Below the pieces are notes generated by a model. The model was not told the origin of the DNA and made no database searches. It worked only from the letters and a program-made list of their open reading frames with translations. Positions 1 through 12,217 of a DNA stretch of 56,170 nt are shown here, piece after piece. The DNA is from Macrostomum lignano. Lineage: Eukaryota. The stretch spans positions 22,765 to 78,934 of the forward strand of contig NIVC01002861.1 in NCBI GenBank assembly GCA_002269645.1. The letters run 5' to 3'. The position numbers and the translations under genes are program-made. The first letter of the stretch is position 1. Each line of letters begins with the position of its first letter.

Positions 1-122
1 ACTTCTTTCTTTTATCATACTAAGGAAAGGCGAACTGTAGTCTAGGATAAAGCTGCTTTACATATTGGCTTATAGAAAGATGCCTGTAATGGAAAACCAC
101 AGTTGGGACGTACTTGGCTTAC

Positions 123-297
123 ATTAGTCATGCACAGTGACCGAAGGCACAGAATTATCGGCATATGCAGGACAGGTATCATCATTTGTCTATCTATAGC
201 ATGTGCTGCTCCGTTCATTAACAAGTTTTTGCGCTTAAACTGCATCCACAAAGACAAGGTAATGCTGTCCATTGGTTGGATTGTAACAGTGAGCCAA
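123..297 (-). CDS. Candidate downstream exon of the formin gene (GBD/FH3 region)
   Basis: Acceptor ttgattttcaag| (exon starts 297) and donor |gtaagc (exon ends 123). The phase-2 entry fits the exon ending at 4593. The translation includes HMPIILCLRSLCMTN, which resembles the formin GBD motif HEIIRCLKAFMNN / HVCIMCLRAIMNY. A further 60-nt frame-preserving candidate exon lies at 2110..2169 (cacag| ... |gtgagt). The splice model is inferred. Confidence 0.4.
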
Positions 298-344
298 CTT
301 GAAAATCAACTAAGCTGTAGCATTGAATAGAAAAAATGTGGTAC

Positions 345-1760
345 CACAGTGAAACTGATATATGAGAGCTGAGATAACCAGTGAAACTGTGATATATGAG
401 AGCTGAGATAACCAGTGAAGCTGATATATGAGAGCTGAGATAACCAGTGAAGCTGTGATATATGAGAGCTGAGATAACCAGTGAAGCTGTGATATATGAG
501 AGCTGAGATAACCAGTGAAGCTGATATATGAGAGCTGAGATAACCAGTGAAGCTGTGATATATGAGAGCTGAGATAACCAGTGAAGCTGATATATGAGAG
601 CTGAGATAACCAGTGAAGCTGTGATATATGAGAGCTGAGATAACCAGTGAAGCTGTGATATATGAGAGCTGAGATAACCAGTGAAGCTGATATATGAGAG
701 CTGAGATAACCAGTGAAGCTGTGATATATGAGAGCTGAGATAACCAGTGAAGCTGATATATGAGAGCTGAGATAACCAGTGAAGCTGTGATATATGAGAG
801 CTGAGATAACCAGTGAAGCTGTGATATATGAGAGCTGAGATAACCAGTGAAGCTGATATATGAGAGCTGAGATAACCAGTGAAACTGTGATATATGAGAG
901 CTGAGATAACCAGTGAAGCTGATATATGAGAGCTGAGATAACCAGTGAAGCTGATATATGAGAGCTGAGATAACCAGTGAAGCTGATATATGAGAGCTGA
1001 GATAACCAGTGAAGCTGATATATGAGAGCTGAGATAACCAGTGAAGCTGTGATATATGAGAGCTGAGATAACCAGTGAAGCTGTGATATATGAGAGCTGA
1101 GATAACCAGTGAAGCTGATATATGAGAGCTGAGATAACCAGTGAAGCTGTGATATATGAGAGCTGAGATAACCAGTGAAGCTGATATATGAGAGCTGAGA
1201 TAACCAGTGAAGCTGTGATATATGAGAGCTGAGATAACAGTGAAGCTGTGATATATGAGAGCTGAGATAACCAGTGAAGCTGATATATGAGAGCTGAGAT
1301 AACCAGTGAAACTGTGATATATGAGAGCTGAGATAACCAGTGAAGCTGATATATGAGAGCTGAGATAACCAGTGAAGCTGATATATGAGAGCTGAGATAA
1401 CCAGTGAAGCTGATATATGAGAGCTGAGATAACCAGTGAAGCTGATATATGAGAGCTGAGATAACCAGTGAAGCTGATATACGAGAGCTGAGATAACCAG
1501 TGAAGCTGATATATGAGAGCTGAGATAACCAGTGAAGCTGATATATGAGAGCTGAGATACCCAGTGAAACTGATACATGAGAGCTGAGATACCCACTGAA
1601 ACTGATACATGAGAGCTGAGATACCCACTGAAACTGATAGATGAGAACTGAGATACCCACTGAAGCTGTGATATATCAAAGCTGAGATACCCACTAAAGC
1701 TGTGATATATCAAAGCTTAGATCCCCACTAAAGCTGTGATATATCAAAGCTTAGATACCC
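345..1760. repeat. Minisatellite with 32/34-bp unit CCAGTGAAGCT(GT)GATATATGAGAGCTGAGATAA, roughly 43 copies, intronic
   Basis: Directly visible tandem units of two lengths differing by TG. Units diverge at the right end (CCCACTGAAACTGATAC...). Confidence 0.98.
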
Positions 1761-2316
1761 AGCTGAGATGCCCATACCAAACAAAGGTCACTTGGCACAA
1801 AAATCGTTCTTGCTTTCAACTGCAATAAAAGCAAGCTAGCTCCAAACACAGCAACTCAACAATAAAAATGTATAATACATGCGCAAATTATATTAATTAG
1901 CGGAGTGTAGCAAAACAGCTCTACCATTTTGAGCGCAGATTAGTTGAACCCAAAATAGCTAGCAACTTTTTTAGTAGCCAAAATGATGCTTTCACACAGA
2001 CATTTGATCGCGAAAATAATTAATAATAGCGAAAACCAAGTGCTTATAGCTAATTCCACTGCACGTACTGCAATACACACATCAGATTGTTTGAGCAATT
2101 TAAACTCACGAGTACGACAAAGTGTCGACTGATTGCGACACAGCTATAGCCCTGCTACAGCTGCACCACCTGTGCGTTATTTATTTGTAACGAGGTTTAA
2201 GCACAGTCGGAGTGGCTTCTATGCAAATAATATTGATTGCTCAGCCTTGGCAGTTGACAATAACTAATTAATGAAAGAGGAACTTGTGATTAAGCTAAAG
2301 GTAGAGAGTAACGGTT

Positions 2317-4340
2317 ACCCACTGAAACTACTGGGGGAATGGATAGCGGTACCCACTGAAGCTACTGAGGGAATGGATAGCGGTGCCCACTGAAGCTACT
2401 GAGGGAATGGATAGTGGTAACCCACTGAAGCTACTGAGGGAATGGATAGCGGTGCCCACTGAAGCTACTGAGGGAATGGATAGCGGTGCCCACTGAAGCT
2501 ACTGAGGGAATGGATAGCGGTACCCACTGAAGCTACTGAGGGAATGGATAGCGGTGCCCACTGAAGCTACTGAGGGAATGGATAGCGGTGCCCACTGAAG
2601 CTACTGAGGGAATGGATAGCGGTGCCCACTGAAGCTACTGGGGGAATGGATAGCGGTACCCACTGAAGCTACTGAGGGAATGGATAGCGGTACCCACTGA
2701 AGCTACAGGGGGAATGGATAGCGGTACCCACTGAAGCTACTGAGGGAATGGATAGCGGTGACCCACTGAAGCTACTGAGGGAATGGATAGCGGTGCCCAC
2801 TGAAGCTACTGAGGGAATGGATAGCGGTGCCCACTGAAGCTACTGAGGCAATGGATAGTGGTAACCCACTGAAGCTACTGAGGGAATGGATAGCGGTGAC
2901 CACTGAAGCTACTGAGGGAATGGATAGCGGTGCCCACTGAAGCTACTGAGGGAATGGATAGCGGTGCCCACTGAAGCTACTGAGGGAATGGATAGCGGTG
3001 CCCACTGAAGCTACTGAGGGAATGGATAGTGGTAACCCACTGAAGCTACTGAGGGAATGGATAGTGGTAACCCACTGAAGCTACTGAGGGAATGGATAGC
3101 GGTGCCCACTGAAGCTACTGAGGGAATGGATAGCGGTGCCCACTGAAGCTACTGAGGGAATGGATAGCGGTGCCCACTGAAGCTACTGAGGGAATGGATA
3201 GCGGTGCCCACTGAAGCTACTGAGGGAATGGATAGCGGTGCCCACTGAAGCTACTGAGGGAATGGATAGCGGTGCCCACTGAAGCTACTGAGGGAATGGA
3301 TAGCGGTGCCCACTGAAGCTACTGAGGGAATGGATAGCGGTGCCCACTGAAGCTACTGAGGGAATGGATAGCGGTGCCCACTGAAGCTACTGAGGGAATG
3401 GATAGCGGTGCCCACTGAAGCTACTGAGGGAATGGATAGTGGTAACCACTGAAGCTACTGAGGGAATGGATAGCGGTGCCCACTGAAGCTACTGAGGGAA
3501 TGGATAGCGGTGACCACTGAAGCTACTGAGGGAATGGATAGCGGTGCCCACTGAAGCTACTGAGGGAATGGATAGCGGTGCCCACTGAAGCTACTGAGGG
3601 AATGGATAGCGGTGCCCACTGAAGCTACTGAGGGAATGGATAGCGGTGCCCACTGAAGCTACTGGGGAATGGATAGCGGTACCCACTGAAGCTACTGAGG
3701 GAATGGATAGCGGTACCCACTGAAGCTACAGGGGAATGGATAGCGGTACCCACTGAAGCTATTGGGGGAATGGATAGCGGTACCCACTGAAGCTACTGAG
3801 GGAATGGATAGCGGTGCCCACTGAAGCTACTGAGGGAATGGATAGCGGTGCCCACTGAAGCTACAGGGGAATGGATAGCGGTACCCACTGAAGCTATTGG
3901 GGAATGGATAGCGGTACCCACTGAAGCTACTGAAGGAAAAGGATAGCGGTACACACTGAAGTTACTGAGGGAATGGATAGCGGTACCCACTGAAGATACT
4001 GAGGGAATGGATAGCGGTGACCACTGAAGCTACTGAGGGAATGAATAGCGGTACCCACTGAAGCTACAGGGGGAATGGATAGCGGTACCCACTGAAGCTA
4101 TTGGGGGAATGGATAGCGGTACCCACTGAAGCTACTGAAGGAAAAGGATAGCGGTACACACTGAAGCTACTGAGGGAATGGATAGCGGTACCCACTGAAG
4201 CTACTGAAGGAATGGATAGCGGTGACCACTGAAGCTACTGAGGGAATGGATAGCGGTACCCACTGAAGCTACTGAGGGAATGGATAGCGGTGACCACTGA
4301 AGCTACTGAGGGAATGAATAGCGGTACCCACTGAAGCTAC
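2317..4340. repeat. Minisatellite with 34-bp unit CCCACTGAAGCTACTGAGGGAATGGATAGCGGTG, roughly 59 copies, intronic
   Basis: Directly visible tandem units with minor variants (GGTA, GGTAA, GGTGA). There are no unique spacers. Confidence 0.98.
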
Positions 4341-4592
4341 AACAGAGGATCAGTTAACGCAAACCAAACAACAAACAGATAAACAAACAAAAACTTTCGA
4401 ATAGCAGTCTTACCTAATGAGGCTGTCCAACGCTCTGCTTAAATAATCTAACAGTAAGTCGAGCCCGCCGCAGTCCATGAATTCTTCTAACCACCTAGGA
4501 TTATTACAGAAGCAAATTTAAAATCAAATAATTGTTAAATACATTCTTTGACACTGTTGGAAGAGCTGCACTTTAATGCGATTGACACTCAC

Positions 4593-5002
4593 TGTACAGA
4601 ATACGATCTGAGGCAGTTTTCCAAGCCTTTCAACAAATCTTGACGCTCGCAGCAGCGCCCGTTGCCGCCGCCGCCACCACCGCCACCGGCGCGAAGGCCG
4701 CGCAGCTGGGCCACATAGTAACCGGCTGTTGACGTGGCCTCACCCGGCTGCTTGGAGCTGAGCCAATTCTGCAGCGCTTGCAACTTCTTATCCGTGTCCA
4801 AGGCGGCCAAATCCTGAGCCTTGTCGGCCGTGATGTCCATGTCCTGAATGAACTTTGGCCACAGCTCTTCCATCTGCTCCTCGGTGAGCTCTTCCACTAT
4901 GTGATTGTTGTGCCTATGGGCTTGCACTACTCCAGACACGGAGAGCATCCGGCAGCGTTCTGAGCTGCCTGCTGGAGCTCGCTTGGAGTATGAGCAGCCC
5001 AT
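4593..5002 (-). CDS. First coding exon of a formin (Drf_GBD/FMNL-like N-terminus)
   Basis: LTEEQMEELWPKFIQDMDITADKAQDLAALDTDKKLQAL...YYVAQLR...LLKGLENCLRS matches the pattern of the formin GTPase-binding domain (EELEERF..MNLPPDK..LL.QYDNEKKWEL...Y...L...LRELE.SLRT). It starts MGCSYS. A GTGAGT donor at 4592..4587 removes the ORF stop. Confidence 0.8.
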
Positions 5003-8000
5003 TTCTACTATGGGAGACAGTGACAGTTGCTGACAATGCTATTAGCTGACTATCAGCTGACTTCTATATGCCAGGCTGGCTGGCTAAGTCAGGCGCCATG
5101 GCTGCTTTCATCTAGCTAAAATTCAGAAAGCAATAATTCATAGTTTGAGTTTGAGAAAGTATATAAAATCAAATGCAATATCTACATATGAGTGTACTTC
5201 TAGACCTTTTGCTTTGTTGGTTTTTAATATTACTTAAAATACTTAATATGTAAAGCATGCTACAATGTAAAGGGGAAAAATTATTTGCCTAATAAATAAG
5301 TTAGCAAGGAAGCCATAGCCCAGTGGTCTGGTATGCAATCAAAGTGCAGTCACATTAATTTGGGGTAAATTGGAATCTCAGCTTGGGTCTCCTTGTGCAA
5401 TTAACACCCTTGAAGGCCAACTTTCAAGGCACAATGAAGTGTATGTTTCTAACAATAAATAAAGTTAAGGCTATTGTACATTCCAGTATGTATGCCTATG
5501 TTTATGACTGCATATGTATCCATCCATCCATGCATTGCATGCTTGCTTGCTTTGGAGAGTTAGTGGAATGGGCAATAATACCTCTTACCAGTTGTGACAA
5601 TGTTACAAAGTGTCATACATAAACCAAGATATACATGTAAAGTGTACCAAGATATATAATATAGCCCCTTGCCTCTAACTAAACAATCTAGCAAATGGCA
5701 CATTTTTAATTAATTGTTTTAGAACATGATATTTGTGGGGATTGAACTTTGGATTTCATGTTATTTTGCTATCCCTTTCACTCTCTCTCCCATGACTAAT
5801 CAATCTTGTGTGCTATTGCTTTATCTCTATCCATTTATACATTGGTGCTTGCCAGTGTACATGGTTTTAACCCCCTGCCAATTAGATAGTGTTTGTCTAT
5901 TGTTGTTTGTGGTTTCATGTCATGCAGTTAAATAAATACATTTATCACTTTGGTATAGTTCTGTTCATGTATCTTTTCTACTTTGATTGCAAACATGACT
6001 TGACTTAGTTTTGCCTAGACTAACAATGTTGATATTATATTATTGTTTTAAACAAAAGTAACTTGTGCAACATCACATTTATAATATCTCAGATCATGTA
6101 GTATGTATATATTAAAAAATATAGAATTATAATGAAATTTTTCTAGATTGATCACATACATGCTTACTTATTGACAGACCATTTTTAGTATACAAATGAA
6201 CATACAAACAAACAAATATTAGAGATTTAGTATATTTAGATTTTCTAATACTAATTTTGTATCCACATTTGAGTTTCAAAGAAGAATATATATCAAAATG
6301 GCTACACACAAAATGGCCACATCAAAATGGTAAATGGTTATAAATCAAATCAGAATGGTCATATATCAAAATAGCCACCTTGAATAGATAAAAGTATTTA
6401 AAAGTTTGGCAATATTTTGGATGATAATCACAGAGTGAAGTGACAATCACCTTAAAAATTGTTTTAAATAAATAAAACTTGGAAGTTCTTAGAACATTAT
6501 AACAAACTGTTTCTAGAAATAGAAGATTCTAACTTTCATGGAACAAATGATTCTATTTTATATTAATTAGCCCCTTATGTATTATATCTATTTTGGATGA
6601 CAATCATTTAAATATGAAAAATGCCTTAAAATTATTGTGTTTTGAAACTATAGCACTTCTTGTCAATGTAGCTTATAAGCAGTCATGGAACCATCCATCT
6701 TTTTTTTATAAATGAGCACCTTATTTATATACTAATTCAAGATTGTAAGATGATCATTTAAATATAAAAACTGTCTTAAAATGATTGCATTCCAAAACTA
6801 CAGCACTTCTTGTCTCTAGCGTCTCACTCAAGAGGCCTCTACTTCCATAGAGGCCCCCACTTCCACTCTTATACATAGTGCAAAGAGAATTTAAAGAGAG
6901 GGGTTACAAAGCAAAAGGTGCACCATGCTACCCACTTCAATTTTGGAAGACGATCATTTTAATGCTACTATTACAAATGATCATTAACCGAAAGTATACA
7001 GTGCTTCAGCTTACATTTGCAGAATACTTGTTTGCTGGAAGAGTGGAAAAAATGATACAAGTACAAATAAAACAAATACTAAATAGTACAAATAATATAA
7101 ACTGTATAGCATTACTAAATATGGTTTTAAATTTATATGTTTAGTATCCGATATTAGTATATAATCCAGTCTAGTGTACAGGCTTTAGTCAAGTAGGGTC
7201 GGCGGTCGGACTCATTCACTGATTCAAAATATGCATATTTGAGTCACTGAGTGTAAATATTTTTATAGGCAATTAAGTATTTAGGCAAGTAGCTATTTTA
7301 AAAAACTTTACTGGTATTGCTTTACTGGTATGGTTCCATTACTTCGGTAAGTTCGGTGCAATAAATGATGCTGTATACTTGATTATCGATTGCATTCGTG
7401 TATAGCGTGTATCGATTTATGCATAGTTTATTTTATGGAAAGCTGGATTTCAAAATTTTTGTCGCGATTATTCATAAGTAATTGTTAACAACACAAAACA
7501 AAGAATGCAACAAATTTTCAGCATTACTCAATAGATTATTTGATTTCTCAATTAAAAAGTACATTCAAGGTGTTACATAGGCCTAGTTGAAGAAGTCTTA
7601 CTGGTTGCCCGTGGGTATTGCCTACCGCTGTAATAGCTTGTAGCTTCGGCAGTAGACTTTTAAATCAGTGTTGGAATGTAAAAATTTTCTGACTCTGCTA
7701 TGCTTTTTATAATTCTAATGACTTTTTAGAATCTGAATAAATTTTCGCTTCGTTTTCGAGGTTGCTATGTCTGTGTAGCGGTGTTAAATAATAGTGGCAC
7801 AATGGATCTATTATATTTTCTACATGTATATTTATAGCTTTGCCATCAAAAAAATATTATTTCAGAAGAAAGAATGTTCTGGAATTACGAGTAAGAAAAG
7901 GCTTGTATATTTAAAATTTGTTTATCGCGAAAATTTCTAGAATGAGAATGCTGCTACGTACAGATAATATTCCAATATTTATATAGAGAGAATACATAAG

Positions 8001-8425
8001 TACAAGTGGTTATATTCTTAGAAAGGCTAGTTTTAAATTTACGCGTAAAATATTGCAAAATATTCTTAAAATTCGATGTTGGTTTTAAATATACACGATC
8101 AATCTAGTATTCTAGACCTAGTATAGTCCAATCTAGTATAGTAGAAGCGGAGTTTGAGGAGAAGAGACCAACTCTTTTGTAGCATGCGCAGGCAGGCAGT
8201 TCGGGTACCTAGTTTGCACTCCCTGACCCCCACCCAGCCTATCCACTTCCCTCTGCTCGAGCACATCCCAACGCGCACTCAGTGAACCGGAAATCTGTGT
8301 TCTACCAGACAATAAAAATACAGGCACAGCCACATTCTATTTCTTCACCTTTTTGAGTGGCTAACTAACACTCGCAACAACCAGCTAGAGTTGCTCGCTA
8401 CATTGGCGTCACAAGCCAGAACCCA

Positions 8426-8722
8426 ATGGCGCTACTACAGCTACAGCCGCCATCCGCATTCAGCATTAGCGCGGACCCCCACACCGTCAGCAAGCGCTGG
8501 ACAGAGTGGGCCACCACACTAAAGCGATTCTTGGCAGCATCAGGAATTTCGGACGACGCCCAGAAGCAGGAAATCCTCCTGTATACCGCGGGAAAAGAGG
8601 TTGCAGACATCTTTAAAGAGATCTCACAGACGCGTCCCGCCACTGACCAGCCGGAGCAGCAAACGCTTGATGTGGTATTCACCCGGTACCAATTCCGCCA
8701 GTGCCGCCTGCTGCCGCAATGA
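8426..8722 (+). CDS. Gag N-terminal part (interrupted)
   Basis: RWTEWATTLKRFLAASGI..QKQEILLYTAG...TRYQFRQCR is a typical Gypsy/Mag gag capsid start. The frame breaks near 8710. Confidence 0.85.
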   Translation: MALLQLQPPSAFSISADPHTVSKRWTEWATTLKRFLAASGISDDAQKQEILLYTAGKEVADIFKEISQTRPATDQPEQQTLDVVFTRYQFRQCRLLPQ

Positions 8723-11260
8723 ATCCCTCCGAAAGCGGCTGCTCAACGTGCCCAACATCAGCCTCCCCGATGCCCTCCAGCTGGCGAGAACAAACGAAGC
8801 AGCCAGCCAGCAAGCGGCAATCATGGAGCGCTCGGCAGCCGGACCAGCTGAAGAAGTGCATGCGGCACGCGACAAGCGCCCCACCAGGCGCCCGCCAGCC
8901 AGCCCGGCCGACAAATGCCTGCGGTGCGGAGAGCCCGGCCACCGCACTTGCAACCGGGCCCAAGGCAAGCGCTGCAGTAACTGCGGCAAGCTGCACCACC
9001 TGGCGAAGGCCTGCCTAAGCGGCCGCGCACGCATTAACATGGCAGAGCCTGAGCCAGAGGAACCAGCAGTGGCGCACCTGGCGGAGGCGGTATTCTCCAG
9101 CCTCGACCCCAGCCGCAAAAGCGCCACCTTCAAAGCGGTCATCAACGGCGCGAACGTACCCGTCCTGATCGACAGCGGTGCGAGCTGCAACGTGCTCAGC
9201 CAGCGGACCATTCATCTAACGGGAGCACTCGAGCGGGCGCTTCAGCCCACGCACACGAGGGTCTATCCTCTCGGAGCATTGAGGCCCCTGACACCCGCTG
9301 GCCAGATCACTCTGCAGACGAAGATCAACGGCAACTCGGAGAGAGTGCGCTTCATCGTCATCAGAGAGGACTGCATCACCATCCTAGGCCGCGAGACAAG
9401 CACGCAGATGGGGATGCTGAGGGTCGGACCGCAGGCCGAGACAGCTCTCACCGCCGGACTGACACCAACGGTTAACGACCTGCACCTTCCGCAAGACTTG
9501 CGACTGTCATCGATCATGAAGGAGTTCAGCGACAGCTTTCAAGGAATCGGCTGCATCAAGGGCGTCTCAGTCAGCATCCAGCTGAAGGAAGAAGCGCTGC
9601 CAGTCTGCCACCCTCCGTCTCGAGTTCCGGTGCATCTTCGAACCGCCGTGGAAAAGGAGCTGAAGGGCCAGCTAGCAGCCGGCATCCTGGAGCGAGTGAC
9701 GGGGCCCAGCGCTTGGAGTTCACGCATGGTGGTCGTTCCAAAGGCCTCGCCAGGCGAAATCCGCATCACGCAGGACCTGAGGGACGTCAATAAGTACGTC
9801 ATTCCAGAAAAGCAGCCAATACCGACATTCGAAGAAGTCACCGACGAGATGGCCGGCTCCACCTATTTCTCCGAACTAGACGTTGCCAAGGCCTTCCACC
9901 AGATCGAGGTCAGCGAGGAGTCCCGGCAGCTGCTCACTTTCTCAACGCCTCTGGGCCTGCTCCGCCTCAAGCGCCTTTGCATGGGATTTACCTCAGCATC
10001 TGAAATCCTACAGCGCGTCATGACATCTATCCTGAGCGGTTTGAGAGGCGTGCGGTGGGTCCATGACGATATCATTATCTTCGCCAGCACCATAAAGGAA
10101 CACAACGAGAGGCTGCGCAACTGCCTTGACAGGCTGCGTCAACACAACGTGACTCTGAACCCCCGCAAATGCCGCATTGCAACCCAGCAGGCCGACTTCC
10201 TGGCCATGCGCCTCTCGGCGGCCGGAATCCAACCGACCGAGGAAAAGCTGGAAGCTGTGGCCAACTTCAAGCGACCAGAAAATGCAACGGAGGTGCGGTC
10301 CTTTCTCGGACTCGTCACATTCGTAGCCCGCTTCATCCCAAACCTCGCCGACAAAGCGAGGCCACTTCGAGAGCTGACCAAGAAGAACGTGAAATGGTCG
10401 TGGGGCCCACAGCAAGCCTCAGCCTTTCAGACAATCAAGCAGTCGATCGCTCACAGCACCACGCTTGCCTTCTTCAACAAGAACTGCGAGACCAGGCTGA
10501 TCGTCGACGCCAGCCCGACCGGCCTCGGGGCGATCCTCGCCCAGGTGCAACCTGGCGGCCTCACCAGGCCAATCGCCTACGCCAGCCGCAGCCTCAGTGA
10601 CAGCGAGCAGCGCTACTCGCAAACAGAGAGGGAGGCGCTGGCCGTCAAATTCGGGTGCCTCAAGTTCCACCACTACCTTAGCGGCTGCCCAAAGTTCAAG
10701 GTCATCACCGACCACAAGCCGCTGGTCAGCCTGCTCAGCCCCGGCTCGCGGCCCCCGCCACGGATCGAGCGCATGGCACTTCGGCTGCAGGATCTCCACT
10801 TCGAAGTCACCTACCAGCCGGGCGCAGACAACCCGGCAGATGTCCTGAGCCGCCAGCCACGTCCAACACCGCCGAACAACCAGGGTGAGGATCTCGACAC
10901 GGCCTACATCGCAATGACAGCACAGGCAGCAGCACCGAACAGCATCAGCCTCGAAACGATCAAGGTTGCCGCAGTAGGCGACAAGGCGATCCAAGCCGCC
11001 GTATCCGGGCTCCGGTTCCATCGGTGGCAACTCGATAGCGACGACGCGCACAGCCTGCACGGCATGCGGCACGAGCTCTCACAACACGACGGACTCCTGC
11101 TCAAAGGGCACCAAATCGTCGTTCCTGCCATTCTGCGCTACCGCTGCCTGCAGCTGGCGCACCAAGGCCACCTGGGTGTCCAGAAAACATTGGCACGCCT
11201 CCAGACAAAGGTCTGGTGGCCCTCAATACGGGCCTCCGTCGAGAACTTCGTAAACTCTGC
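8712..11260 (+). CDS. Gag C-terminus plus Pol (protease, RT, RNase H, integrase Zn finger)
   Basis: Zinc knuckles CLRCGEPGHRTC and CSNCGKLHHLAKAC; protease LIDSGAS; RT LDVAKAFHQI and WVHDDIIIF; RNase H VDASPTGLGAIL, TEREALAV and TDHKPL; integrase HQGHLG. Read from track ORF 8601..11288. Confidence 0.95.
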
Positions 11261-12217
11261 AAGGCCTGCACGAACACAGCCGAATTGAAGGCAGCCCCAC
11301 TTCAGCCGACTGAGCTGCCGCAGGGGCCGTGGTTAGAGCTGGGCCTGGACTTCCTGGGACAGATCAGAGGCCACATGCTGCTGGTGTGCACCGACTATTT
11401 TTCACGTTTCCCACTGGTACAGACGATGTCGGGGTCGACAGCGGCAGCTCCGGTCATCCGAACCCTCCGCCAGTGGTTCAGCACGTTCGGCCAGCCAGTC
11501 AAGATCACCACCGACGACGGCCCGCCATTCTCGTCCGCAGAATTCAACGCCTTCCTGCGCAGCCAGGGCGTCCACCACCATCGGACTACGCCGCTGCATC
11601 CCCAAGCGAACGGACTCGTAGAGCGATGCAACCGAGGCCTCAATAAGGCAATCAGAGTGGCGATTCTGGAAGGCAGCAACTGGCAGGCGGCACTGGATGA
11701 CTACCTGGCTGCATACCGGCGAACACCGCACGCAGCAACCGGCATGGCCCCAGCCGACCTGCTATTCGGCCGACAGCTCAACGACACGATCCCCAGCTTG
11801 CGCCACTCCCGGCCGGTTGACGCCAGGCGACAGACCGTCCGCGGCCACGACTCCAGGGCGAAGGAGCGGATGAAGGCCTTCGCCGACAGCAAGAGGGGCG
11901 CCACCGACCACCAGATCACCGTAGGCGACCTCGTACTCCGCCGGCTCACCAACCGCAGCAAGACCGACCCCTTCTTCGAGGCCTCGCCATGGACCGTGAC
12001 AGAAGTCCGCGGCAACACCCTGCAGCTCCAACGGGCCGGCCAGAGGTGCTCCAGGCACGCCAGCCACGTCAAGCGAGTCTCCCAGGCAGCCGACGAGTGG
12101 CCGGGTGACCCCGGAGAATGCGACAGCGGACAGGACAGCCGGCCGGATGAACCAACCGGCCCGCCCGAGCCAACCGGCAACCAGGACGTCCCTCTCGCCA
12201 ACAGGCCGCACCTCTGA
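11255..12217 (+). CDS. Integrase core and C-terminus (shifted frame)
   Basis: CKAC..PWLELGLDFLG..TDYFSRFP..TTDDGPPFSS..NGLVERCN is an rve core. It joins the upstream frame if one A is restored in GTAAACTC near 11255. Confidence 0.92.
   Translation, partial: LCKACTNTAELKAAPLQPTELPQGPWLELGLDFLGQIRGHMLLVCTDYFSRFPLVQTMSGSTAAAPVIRTLRQWFSTFGQPVKITTDDGPPFSSAEFNAFLRSQGVHHHRTTPLHPQANGLVERCNRGLNKAIRVAILEGSNWQAALDDYLAAYRRTPHAATGMAPADLLFGRQLNDTIPSLRHSRPVDARRQTVRGHDSRAKERMKAFADSKRGATDHQITVGDLVLRRLTNRSKTDPFFEASPWTVTEVRGNTLQLQRAGQRCSRHASHVKRVSQAADEWPGDPGECDSGQDSRPDEPTGPPEPTGNQDVPLANRPHL

Noticed and set aside
218-1713. 460-480-aa ORFs on the minus strand
   Set aside because: They are translations of the minisatellite, open in all three frames because the unit lacks a stop on that strand.
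345-4340. 32-34-bp repeats as a CRISPR array
   Set aside because: The units are head-to-tail with no unique spacers, there are no cas genes, and the context is a eukaryotic intron.
8700-8725. Programmed ribosomal frameshift between the 98-aa ORF and pol
   Set aside because: The break is in the middle of the capsid with conserved sequence missing, and there is no slippery heptamer. A deletion explains it better.
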